DNA of 44,857 nucleotides from a virus. A model generated the notes under the pieces. That model saw only the letters and a list, made by a program, of their open reading frames with translations. It made no database searches and was not told the origin of the DNA. The DNA is taken from the UHGV virus genome UHGV-0186980; one strand, given 5' to 3'. The translations under genes were made by a program, and so were the position numbers. Positions within the stretch are counted from its first letter, which is position 1, and every line of letters begins with the position of its first letter. Below, piece after piece: positions 36,683 to 44,824 of the stretch.

Positions 36683-36938
36683 GGTGACCTCTCTTTTTCT
36701 GTGGTGTAACTTCTTGTTTACTTTCCGTATGCTTCAAATACCGATGCGGATATAAAATCTGGAGTTCATCTATCTGGCCTGAAAAAAAATTGACCAGTTT
36801 CTCCGCAATGTCAGTTGACGCAACCTGTTGCCCTCGCTCGATTCGGCTCAAGTTTCCAGGATCAATATCTACTGCTGCAGCAACATGGGACAAAGTCATA
36901 CCTTGCGACTTACGCAAGTATCTTAACGGTGATTGCAT
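36675..36938 (-). CDS. cro: Cro-like HTH repressor
   Basis: XRE-type HTH (LSHVAAAVDIDPGNLSRIERGQQ); AGGAGG RBS; divergent from cI. Confidence 0.7.
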   Translation of the reverse strand: MQSPLRYLRKSQGMTLSHVAAAVDIDPGNLSRIERGQQVASTDIAEKLVNFFSGQIDELQILYPHRYLKHTESKQEVTPQKKRGHRG

Positions 36939-37036
36939 AAAACCTCCTTTAAATTGCGCATTACGCATATTAAAGGGTACTTACGCCTTGCGCAAGTTGC
37001 TTTGCATATAACGCAAAAATGACTTGTAATTAACTT
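36939..37036. promoter_or_regulatory. OR region: divergent PR/PRM promoters with TTGCG-N5-CGCAA operator palindromes; cI mRNA likely leaderless
   Basis: Sites at 36954-36968 and 37002-37016; PRM -35 TTGCAT (37002-37007), -10 TGTAAT (37025-37030) ends 6 nt before cI ATG. Confidence 0.6.
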
Positions 37037-37732
37037 ATGAACATCGGAAAGCGAATCAGAGAACTACGCCTTGCAAAGGGCTTAAAAATAAACGACCTGG
37101 CTGATGCTTTGGGCATTGATGGCGCCAATATTTCTCGCATGGAAACAGGTAAACAGAAATCATTTACCGAACAATCCCTTAATCTTTATGCAAAGGCATT
37201 AGGCGTAGAAGTTGCTGAGCTCTTTACACCTCCCCAAAATGAAATTACTGTATATAATAACAGTATAAAACATCCAGTTCATGGAGAGGGTAGCTCGGTG
37301 TTTAGAGTGGAAATGCTTGATGTCAGTGCGAGCGCTGGTGGTGGATTTATTCAGGGCAGTGATGTTATTGATGTCATAAGGTCTATTGAATACAACAACG
37401 ACCAAGCCATGACTTTATTCGGTGGCAGAACACCAGACTCAGTGAAGGTCATTAACGTTCGGGGCGACAGCATGGCTGACACTATTCAGCCTGGAGATTT
37501 GATTTTCGTCGATGTTTCAGTCAATAGCTTTGATGGCGATGGCATCTACGTCTTTGGTTTCGATGGCAAAATATATGTTAAGCGCCTGCAAATGATACCA
37601 GATAAAATGCTCGTGATTTCTGATAATCCAAAATACAGAGAATGGGAAATCGATCGGGCTAATGAATACCGCTTTTGCGTTTATGGCAAAGTAATGATCA
37701 GCCAGTCACAAGCCTTCAAGCGCCACGGCTAA
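37037..37732 (+). CDS. cI: CI repressor (HTH + S24 LexA-like autopeptidase domain)
   Basis: N-terminal HTH; C-terminal GDSM Ser and VKR Lys motifs. Confidence 0.85.
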   Translation: MNIGKRIRELRLAKGLKINDLADALGIDGANISRMETGKQKSFTEQSLNLYAKALGVEVAELFTPPQNEITVYNNSIKHPVHGEGSSVFRVEMLDVSASAGGGFIQGSDVIDVIRSIEYNNDQAMTLFGGRTPDSVKVINVRGDSMADTIQPGDLIFVDVSVNSFDGDGIYVFGFDGKIYVKRLQMIPDKMLVISDNPKYREWEIDRANEYRFCVYGKVMISQSQAFKRHG

Positions 37733-37750
37733 CCAGTTCCATTCATTTTT

Positions 37751-37775
37751 GCCGCCTTTATGGCGGCTTTTTTAC
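37751..37775 (+). terminator. Intrinsic terminator after cI (GCCGCC-loop-GGCGGC + TTTTTT)
   Basis: 6-bp GC stem and T-run 19 nt after cI stop. Confidence 0.65.
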
Positions 37776-37785
37776 GCCCTCAAAA

Positions 37786-37822
37786 CTGCGAATTACGCAA
37801 TTTTTAGTTGCGTAATTCGCAA
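37786..37822. promoter_or_regulatory. OL: two operator palindromes TGCG-AATTA-CGCA and TTGCG-TAATT-CGCAA matching OR sites
   Basis: Mutually inverse 14-15-nt palindromes 7 nt apart, same consensus as OR. Confidence 0.6.
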
Positions 37823-37940
37823 CTTCATATTATCGTTGGTTGCATCGATAGCGAACAGGCAGGACGCCCACGAAGTAGCCGCCCGGGGCATATGAAGGCC
37901 GGGATGATTCGCTAAGCAACCAGACAGCAGAGGCTTCAGG

Positions 37941-38153
37941 ATGAATTCAGCACAACGCCGTAAGGCATACCGCAAGCTACCAAAAGCTGGAGGAATTGTA
38001 GTTCTACACGGTGTCCCTCGTTTAGTCCTAGGGTTATGCACATTTAACAGCTTTACGGGCGAAGAACGTAGCAAACCATCAGTAAACCGTATCAGAGTAC
38101 AAATGTCAGGCGGCTCAACTGCGGCCCCCCTGGTGCGTAATTTGAAGTTTTGA
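37941..38153 (+). CDS. Possible N-like antiterminator (70 aa, arginine-rich N-terminus)
   Basis: MNSAQRRKAYRKLPK resembles arginine-rich motifs of lambdoid N proteins; first ORF after OL. Confidence 0.3.
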   Translation: MNSAQRRKAYRKLPKAGGIVVLHGVPRLVLGLCTFNSFTGEERSKPSVNRIRVQMSGGSTAAPLVRNLKF

Positions 38154-38162
38154 TTAAAAACA

Positions 38163-38324
38163 GGTGTCTTCGGGAGGGGTTGCGGAGCTGGATTGACCAC
38201 CAGCAACAGAAACTCACCCGACATACAGCAGCCGTTTAACCCACGGCGTCGGGGGTCCAGTAAACCTGGATTAATACTGTAGGGGTTGTGCCGGTTGGTC
38301 GCCGGCGCCCCGCCCGAAGACACC
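38163..38324 (+). other. Structured element closed by a perfect 12-bp inverted repeat (GGTGTCTTCGGG ... CCCGAAGACACC); candidate cis-RNA/ncRNA
   Basis: Lies in GC-rich ORF-poor segment 38154-38880; internal hairpins. Confidence 0.35.
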
Positions 38325-39042
38325 TGAGTTAACACAACATGAAAGCGCATTCCATCTTCATCCGTCGTGGGGACTGGTTTGTAACTGAAGGAGTGCGCTT
38401 CCAGTTGTGAACGGCAACATTCACACCGTTGTATGGCACATGCAACGTCAGCGGCCTGAGAGTTCCCTTTATCCATCAACTCTCAGAACACCGGAATGTG
38501 CAAGCCAGGTGTTTCAGGCACGACGTGCGCCCCACCAGCGCGGCGAAAAGGTGTGACGCCCGGGAAGAGTCCGGGACACAACAGGTAAGAGCATTCCCGC
38601 CACACGAGGCTGAAACCCAAGCGCCATGTGGATGCGCCGAAAAGCTACGACGGGGCGTTGGTAGAAGATCGGAGTGCTCTTTCCGTTGTGGTAATTGCGG
38701 CTATGCGCACGTGACGAGCCAAACCCGTTCAATGAATGCGTTTCCGGGAAGTGTACGTCGCCGGTTACTGGCTAAACCCGGCAGGTGGAGGCACCACCGC
38801 CACAACCTAGTTAACTGTGCTGTGTGTGGTCTTGGCGGTTATCCAGTTTTCCACTATCCAAAGGAGGAAGAGGATAACGTTGTGATGGATAACCGCCCTT
38901 TTTACACAATACAAAAGAGCATCACCGGGCGACGGGCTCATTACCCAATCCACCCGGGCGGCATCCAAACCGCAGGTACTCTTCTGTGTTGTGTACGGAG
39001 AAATTCCCGGCGGTGGCAGCCGCCTTTCGAGAGGGTAAAACC

Positions 39043-39414
39043 ATGAGTAATGATCGCATGACAGTAGTGCCCGATTTCCTGGGTGAACTGGACGCCGGCG
39101 TGTTCATGAACAAGATTGCGGCGGCTCTTAATACCACCGCGCTCGGCGTTCTGAACAACGGCAACAAAGGCAAGGTTGTCCTCACCTTTGATTTTGAGCG
39201 TATGGGCAACTCTGTTGAAGAGAAGCGCGTCAAGATTAAGCACAAGCTGAACTACAGCACCCCAACTCCCCGCGGCAAAGCGTCGGAAGAGGACACCACC
39301 GAAACACCAATGTGGGTTAACAAAGGCGGCAAGCTCACTATCCTGCAGGAGGATCAGGGGCAACTCTTCGGTATCACCGGCACGGTGGACGGAAAGCTTA
39401 AAGCGGCTCAGTGA
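39043..39414 (+). CDS. YfdP-like hypothetical protein
   Basis: 123 aa from internal ATG; ATGA-coupled to an upstream 54-codon basic ORF (38883-39046). Confidence 0.5.
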   Translation: MSNDRMTVVPDFLGELDAGVFMNKIAAALNTTALGVLNNGNKGKVVLTFDFERMGNSVEEKRVKIKHKLNYSTPTPRGKASEEDTTETPMWVNKGGKLTILQEDQGQLFGITGTVDGKLKAAQ

Positions 39415-39470
39415 TCCGCCCGCACAAATTCACTGATACCACTTCGCTAATCAGTTAATAAGGAATTTTT

Positions 39471-40298
39471 ATGTCTCAGTTAGACAGCGGTACTTTTCAG
39501 CAAGTTAAAGACCTAGTGCTTTCCGGTTATCACCTGAACGATATCCACGGCTTAGCCTGCCCGACCGCCCTACTACCACAAGACACCAACGTTGAAAGTC
39601 TGGAGCGTTTTGCTCTTGAGCGCTTCCGTTTCCGCGGTGCCATGGACACAACTAGCATTGACGATTTCGTTCGCTATTCCGTTGGTTATGCCCAGGAAGA
39701 CGAAAAAGCCCGTTGCTTCATCGATGCCGATAGCATGCTGGCGCGCTCCATCTTCAATATCGGTACTCTGGATAACCCAGGCCACGCTGATAATGTCGCT
39801 TCGATCAAACTGAAGAAAACCGCACCGTTCCGCGCGCTGCTGTCGATCAACGGCGATCACCTCATTCAGAAGCAAATCGCCGAATGGCTGGAAGACTGGA
39901 GCGATTACCTTATTGCGTTCGATGCCGACGGCAACACGATGAAAATCGCCCAGGCAGCACAGGCAGTTCGCCGCGTCACCATTCAGCAAACTAACGCCTC
40001 CGATCATGAAGATGGTGATTTCAGTGGCAAAAAATCGCTAATGCAGAGTATCGAAGCCAGTAGTAAAGATGTGATGCCGGTAGCGTTCGAGTTCAAATGT
40101 GTGCCGTATGAAGGGCTCGGCGAACGTGCATTTAGCCTGCGCAACAGCCTGCTGAAAAGTAATGATCCGGTATTCGTCTTGCGTATTGTCCAGCTGGAAG
40201 CCCAGGAAGAAGCGATCGCCAATGAGTTCCGCGACCTGCTGACTAGTAAGTTCGACGGTAAGCCTGTGGAAACCTTTATCGGTAACTTCAAAGCCTGA
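39471..40298 (+). CDS. YfdQ-like protein (DUF2303)
   Basis: 275 aa; size and neighbourhood match the yfdP-yfdQ-yfdR cluster of E. coli prophage CPS-53 as remembered. Confidence 0.55.
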   Translation: MSQLDSGTFQQVKDLVLSGYHLNDIHGLACPTALLPQDTNVESLERFALERFRFRGAMDTTSIDDFVRYSVGYAQEDEKARCFIDADSMLARSIFNIGTLDNPGHADNVASIKLKKTAPFRALLSINGDHLIQKQIAEWLEDWSDYLIAFDADGNTMKIAQAAQAVRRVTIQQTNASDHEDGDFSGKKSLMQSIEASSKDVMPVAFEFKCVPYEGLGERAFSLRNSLLKSNDPVFVLRIVQLEAQEEAIANEFRDLLTSKFDGKPVETFIGNFKA

Positions 40299-40430
40299 TT
40301 GCTCTCCATTAAATCCCCGGCACCGCGGGGATTTATTAAAGCGTAATCCTGAAATTTATCGCCTTTTGGCGAGGGATTCTTACACCCAAAAACCAGCGCT
40401 GTGCAGAGCGCGATTAAATGGAGAAATACG

Positions 40431-40958
40431 ATGAGCTTTATTCAAACCTTTACTGGCAAACATTTTAACTATCTCGACATCCAGCTGGATGCCATTGAGA
40501 TCGAAGATATCGCTAACGCGCTCTCGAATATTTGCCGCTTTTCCGGCCATCTTCCAGAGTTCTACAGCGTAGGCCAGCACAGCGTATTAACCAGCCATCT
40601 GGTACCGCAGGAGTTCGCGCTTGAAGCACTGCTGCACGACGCCGCCGAAGCTTATTTGCAGGATATCCCAGCGCCGCTTAAACGCCTGCTCCCAGACTAC
40701 CGAGCCATCGAGGATCGGGTTGATGCTGCTATCCGTCAAAAATTTGGTCTGCCTTCTGAGCAGCACCCGACCGTCAAATATGCCGACCTGGTGATGCTGG
40801 CAAGCGAACGCCGTGATTTTGAAATCGACGACGGCACTCACTGGCCTATGCTCGACGGAATTATTCCCACCGACCAATTCGTTATCAATCCCGTTCGCCC
40901 GGGTCAGTGCTATGGGATGTTCATGAACCGCTTCAACCAGCTGATGGAGCGGCGCTAA
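40431..40958 (+). CDS. HD-domain phosphohydrolase (YfdR-like 5'-deoxynucleotidase)
   Basis: H...HD motif (SVGQHSV, EALLHDAAEAY); start refined to MSFIQTF. Confidence 0.7.
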   Translation: MSFIQTFTGKHFNYLDIQLDAIEIEDIANALSNICRFSGHLPEFYSVGQHSVLTSHLVPQEFALEALLHDAAEAYLQDIPAPLKRLLPDYRAIEDRVDAAIRQKFGLPSEQHPTVKYADLVMLASERRDFEIDDGTHWPMLDGIIPTDQFVINPVRPGQCYGMFMNRFNQLMERR

Positions 40959-41155
40959 TGGCACACGTAAAAGTAAAAGACCTCGTTGCGGCTGCACATG
41001 CCGCATCACAAGATTTGCCACCAGCATCAGCGAAGTTAATGCGCGATACCGCTACTCGTCTGGACGTTACCTACGCCGCACTAACTGAAGCAATGGATCA
41101 AAACACAGCGCTGGCGGCTATGTTAGCTGCAGCGCAGAAAAAGGAGAAAAATTAA
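40958..41155 (+). CDS. Hypothetical 65-aa protein
   Basis: TAATG-coupled to upstream gene. Confidence 0.4.
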   Translation: MAHVKVKDLVAAAHAASQDLPPASAKLMRDTATRLDVTYAALTEAMDQNTALAAMLAAAQKKEKN

Positions 41156-41156
41156 C

Positions 41157-41729
41157 GTGAACCATTTAATGATCGACCTCGAAACGATGGGCAATAAGCC
41201 TGCTGCACCAATCGTTGCGATCGGCGCTGTATTCTTCGCCCCGAAAAGCAGTGAGTTGGGCGCAGAGTTCTATATGGCCGTTAACCTCGCCAGTGCTATG
41301 GATCAGGGTGCGACACCTGACGGTGATACTATCCTGTGGTGGCTCAAACAATCATCAGAGGCCCGAGCAGCTATTTGTACTGACGATACCAGAAGCATTA
41401 CATTTGCTCTCTCCGAGTTGAGTTCATTTATCAGCCGTCACTCTGACAACCCACGATATCTGAAAGTCTGGGGTAATGGTTCTAACTTTGACAATGTGAT
41501 TTTACGCTCAGCCTACGACCGCGCCGGCCAAACCTGCCCGTGGCAATTCTGGAACGACTGCGACGTGCGCACCATGGTGTTGCTCGGCAAACAACTTGGT
41601 TTCGACCCTAAGCGCAAGATGCCATTTGATGGTGTAGCCCACAATGCACTGGCCGATGCTCGCCACCAGGCAAAATACGTGTCCGCAATCTGGCAAAAGC
41701 TAATTCCAGCCACCAGCACCGAAGAATAA
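41157..41729 (+). CDS. DEDDh 3'-5' exonuclease
   Basis: MIDLETMG (D-x-E), downstream H/D residues; GTG start after AGGAG. Confidence 0.7.
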   Translation: MNHLMIDLETMGNKPAAPIVAIGAVFFAPKSSELGAEFYMAVNLASAMDQGATPDGDTILWWLKQSSEARAAICTDDTRSITFALSELSSFISRHSDNPRYLKVWGNGSNFDNVILRSAYDRAGQTCPWQFWNDCDVRTMVLLGKQLGFDPKRKMPFDGVAHNALADARHQAKYVSAIWQKLIPATSTEE

Positions 41730-41771
41730 ACCTCACGCCCGGGTGCAGCCGGGCTGTATGGAGATCCTGCC

Positions 41772-41981
41772 ATGGCAAAACTTATGAAAGCGAGTCAATG
41801 GGGAAAACGCGAATTTACCAAAGACTCTATTCCGGATAATCGAACCATTAAACGTTGGGTCGAAAATGGCCTACTCACAGGTAAAATCGTCGACGGCTCT
41901 GTTTTCGTCTACGAATCTGAAAAATGGGGGGTCGACTCGATGGTTAATCATGCGGTTCGCCAGCTTATCAGTGAGGGTTAA
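41772..41981 (+). CDS. xis: Excisionase
   Basis: 69 aa, ...RTIKRWVENGLLTGKIVDGSVFVYESE; immediately upstream of int. Confidence 0.7.
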   Translation: MAKLMKASQWGKREFTKDSIPDNRTIKRWVENGLLTGKIVDGSVFVYESEKWGVDSMVNHAVRQLISEG

Positions 41982-41983
41982 CC

Positions 41984-43165
41984 ATGGCAGCAAGGCCAAG
42001 AAAAAGGGAATACCGCCATCTACCTGATTATCTAATATTTGATAAAGATCGCGGCGTTTATAAATTCACCTTAATTACAGGGAAGAAAAAGAACATTGGG
42101 AAAGATCGGGCTATAGCCATCGCTATTGCGCGCGAATACAACCTCAGAATGCGGCAGGCAAATGCTCCGTCAGTTGAATTGCTTATCCGTGATTCTGGCG
42201 GCGTGTCGGGTGAAGCTAAACCTTTTGCCGAGCATGTTGATCACATCATGGCGCGTGCGATTGAAAATGAACGTCCGTCGCAAAATACGCTTGATGACTG
42301 GAACAACGACGCACTAAGGGTGAAGGAATTCTTTAGCAACATACCAGCTTGCGATATTGAGCTGGAGCATGTGAACGCCTACATAAAGCATTACCACTCA
42401 GATTCATCAGCGAACGTACAAAACCGGAAGGTCAGCTTCCTTAAAAAATTGTTCTCGTATGCGGTCGATGAATCATTGATGTTTGATAATCCTGCTACAC
42501 GCAAAAAAATGCGAAGAACCGAAGAGAAGAAACGCCAGCGTCTTTCACTCGATAACTTTAAAGCCATTCGTCGGGCCGCCGAACCCTGGTTACGCACCGC
42601 GATGGATTTAGCATTACAGACGACGCACGCTCGCCTTGAAGTGTCTAGGATTCGGTATTCAATTCGTGAACCTAAGAACGGTATTTGTGGTTGTGTATGG
42701 CTCGAACAGCCAGAAGATGGCATATATGGAACGCTTTACATCCATCGTCAAAAGGTACAAAAGAAGGAAGCATCGCACGTTGCGATTCCAATTGGGGATG
42801 AGCTAAAGCGCATAATTGATGAAAGTAGGGATAACGTAGCTAGTCCGTTTGTTGTTCATCGGATTCCGGAGCGACAGGTTAAACGCAGTAAAGAAGTTTC
42901 ACACCCAACTCAAGTTGCGCCTGACTATCTTAGTCGCTCGTTCTCCTCGTTACGCGATGAGCTAGGGCTTTGTGATCATCTTGCGATGGACGAACGCCCT
43001 ACATTTCACGAGATCAGAGCCCTTGCAGCACATTTGTTTAATAGCCAAGGAATCGATCCTCAAGGCAGAATGGCTCACAGTGATGCAAAATCAACAAAGA
43101 TTTATACTCAAAACCACATTGATTGGATCGTCGTTCCACACGGGGAAATTAAATACAATGCATAA
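41984..43165 (+). CDS. int: Tyrosine integrase
   Basis: 393 aa; C-terminal HEIRALAAHL...AHSDAKSTKIYTQNH catalytic region. Confidence 0.9.
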   Translation: MAARPRKREYRHLPDYLIFDKDRGVYKFTLITGKKKNIGKDRAIAIAIAREYNLRMRQANAPSVELLIRDSGGVSGEAKPFAEHVDHIMARAIENERPSQNTLDDWNNDALRVKEFFSNIPACDIELEHVNAYIKHYHSDSSANVQNRKVSFLKKLFSYAVDESLMFDNPATRKKMRRTEEKKRQRLSLDNFKAIRRAAEPWLRTAMDLALQTTHARLEVSRIRYSIREPKNGICGCVWLEQPEDGIYGTLYIHRQKVQKKEASHVAIPIGDELKRIIDESRDNVASPFVVHRIPERQVKRSKEVSHPTQVAPDYLSRSFSSLRDELGLCDHLAMDERPTFHEIRALAAHLFNSQGIDPQGRMAHSDAKSTKIYTQNHIDWIVVPHGEIKYNA

Positions 43166-43199
43166 TGAAATTGGCCTCAAATGAGGCCAATTAGTGGGA

Positions 43200-43583
43200 T
43201 TAGGAAGCTTCTGACTTGGTCATATCAGCGCAACGCTGGATTAATTTCTCTGCAGTCTTAATTGCGGTGCTTGATTGGGTTGATGTAACAGTGTCGTTAA
43301 GTCTGTAATCACAAACTATTCTCTGATCCTTAAGCGATTGTAGAGCATACCCCAAACCAATTAAGTCTCTTTTATCAAAAGGTTCGTTGCCCTTCCAAGC
43401 ATCGTTAACGAGATAGTCAATGAGGCCCTGGTGACTTTCCTTCGGCCCCATGGTCAAACACGGAAGTACGTGGTGATAGGCGCCATAATACGCACGAGCG
43501 ACAGCATTTCTGTAACCAATTTCGTCGTTACGTTTTTCACAATCTTTTGCGAAAGCGATAATCTCAGAACTATTAACTGGCAC
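43200..43583 (-). CDS. Cargo protein B (unknown; possible HEPN-like R-x6-H motif)
   Basis: Start refined to GTG 43583 with GGAGGA RBS; 11-nt overlap with cargo A stop; RAYYGAYHH. Confidence 0.5.
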   Translation of the reverse strand: MPVNSSEIIAFAKDCEKRNDEIGYRNAVARAYYGAYHHVLPCLTMGPKESHQGLIDYLVNDAWKGNEPFDKRDLIGLGYALQSLKDQRIVCDYRLNDTVTSTQSSTAIKTAEKLIQRCADMTKSEAS

Positions 43584-44340
43584 GCGCAGGTTCCTCCGAA
43601 TGTCCTTCAAACCAGACGCTGAAAGGTTTTCCAATCAAACTTTCATTTTCTGCAAGAGAAAATGCTATATCTAGGTTCATATCAGAGAGAACATCAGAAT
43701 CTTCAGTATTAACTGTCATGACATACGATGACGTCCGCTCTTCAGGGACAGAGCAGAAAGACATAGCAACAGGACCAACCTTATGGTAGCTCATGATATC
43801 CACAATGCGATTTGCAATATCCTGGAATTCTTCATCAGTAATTCCAGTTGTACTTTTGAAAGTCGTGGATTGGGCCAGTGCTGTGGCTGCGAGGTGCTTA
43901 ACCAATTCAGCCTCCTTTTCATCTACCATACTTATCAACCTCTCAGCATAGTAGAGCGCTTTGTCAATACGCCCCAAGAACAAGTTGGCTTCCCATGCAT
44001 GGGACAACATTGTAGGCGAGTTATAACGTTCAACTAATCGATTTACCGCTTGTTCAACTTCACGAAAACTGCCGTAATCGTTAAGGTAAACTACATAATT
44101 TTGAGCAATGAGTAGGTTGTTATGCTTCAATGCTTCTTCAAAGAATGCAACAGCCGAATCCTTACGCCCAAAAGCACCATTAGCCAACGCTTTGAGATAG
44201 TCCTCAGATGCACTGTCGCGCAACTTTTCTATATCTCTTAGATATCGAAAATATTGCATTTCGGATATCGTACCCCGAGCCGCAAGTATATCGATTAATT
44301 CGCTGCTGATTTCGTTCGCTTTTAGCGCCAATTTTGGCAT
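43573..44340 (-). CDS. Cargo protein A (unknown; helical TPR-like N-terminal region)
   Basis: ATG 44340 with AAGGA RBS (track start is an upstream TTG at 44388); AT-rich DNA between int and att core. Confidence 0.5.
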   Translation of the reverse strand: MPKLALKANEISSELIDILAARGTISEMQYFRYLRDIEKLRDSASEDYLKALANGAFGRKDSAVAFFEEALKHNNLLIAQNYVVYLNDYGSFREVEQAVNRLVERYNSPTMLSHAWEANLFLGRIDKALYYAERLISMVDEKEAELVKHLAATALAQSTTFKSTTGITDEEFQDIANRIVDIMSYHKVGPVAMSFCSVPEERTSSYVMTVNTEDSDVLSDMNLDIAFSLAENESLIGKPFSVWFEGHSEEPARAS

Positions 44341-44508
44341 TAATTTTTCCTTAAGAAGCGTTAGCTCAGTTGCTTTTTCATGTAGCAATCTTAGTAAGTC
44401 TGTGAAGAGTACACGAGGATGCTCTCGATTTCCAACGACCTGTATAACCCTAAAGGAATGTCAACTCTTGACAATTGAATAAATGCCACTTTCATCAACA
44501 AACGAAGA

Positions 44509-44545
44509 TATCCACAGACACGCCTAATGCACAACTCTGTGGATA
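44509..44545. promoter_or_regulatory. Perfect 10-bp inverted repeat TATCCACAGA-N17-TCTGTGGATA upstream of cargo operon (operator or integrase arm-type site)
   Basis: Exact reverse-complement arms; third related half-site CCACAGAAA at 44558-44566. Confidence 0.4.
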
Positions 44546-44778
44546 ACTATTACTTACCCACAGAAATGTACTTTTCGCTCGGTTTGCAAAAAGTGCTATA
44601 GATGGGACCTATTAATAACAGCAAGCAAAAACAAACTGTAAAAATTGTGGGGTAAAACTGACGTTAAGTATTTGATGTATATAGTGTGGATTTTGCATAA
44701 AGCGCACTGTTTGTATATACAGTCGAATACACTCCAGAAGCAGTATTTACAAGGGCTCCAGCACCTTTACAGCAGTGA

Positions 44779-44824
44779 CATGGGGTGTCGGGGGTCGGAG
44801 GTTCAAATCCTCTCGTGCCGACCA
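44779..44824 (+). tRNA. 3' 46-nt fragment of tRNA-Pro(GGG) (proL-like), anticodon loop to CCA; prophage attachment-site core, not an intact gene
   Basis: CATGGGGTGTCGGGGGTCGGAGGTTCAAATCCTCTCGTGCCGACCA matches the 3' part of E. coli proL as remembered; no complementary 5' acceptor half upstream. Confidence 0.7.

Larger units (their letters stand above)
1..44824. mobile_element. Lambdoid prophage, right-hand part (int-proximal end and att core present; left end beyond window start)
   Basis: Contiguous phage modules in lambda-like order (int/xis, immunity cI-cro, replication, Q, lysis, terminase-portal-protease-capsid, tail G/T-H-M-L-K-I-J); partial tRNA copy at 44779-44824 next to int. Confidence 0.9.

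Noticed and set aside
38163-38324. Retron msr/msd interpretation of the inverted-repeat-bounded structure
   Set aside because: No reverse transcriptase gene is present nearby, and retron a1/a2 repeats normally flank an RT-linked locus.
37793-38479. 228-aa minus-strand ORF and the 205-aa plus-strand ORF 38429..39046
   Set aside because: Products are Cys/Arg/Pro-rich with no RBS and would run antisense to, or through, a hairpin-dense GC-rich segment; treated as non-coding except the last 54 codons coupled to the YfdP-like gene.
44735-44824. Intact tRNA gene at the right end
   Set aside because: Only the 3' 46 nt match a tRNA-Pro; no sequence upstream can pair with the CGTGCCG acceptor 3' strand, so it is an att-core fragment.
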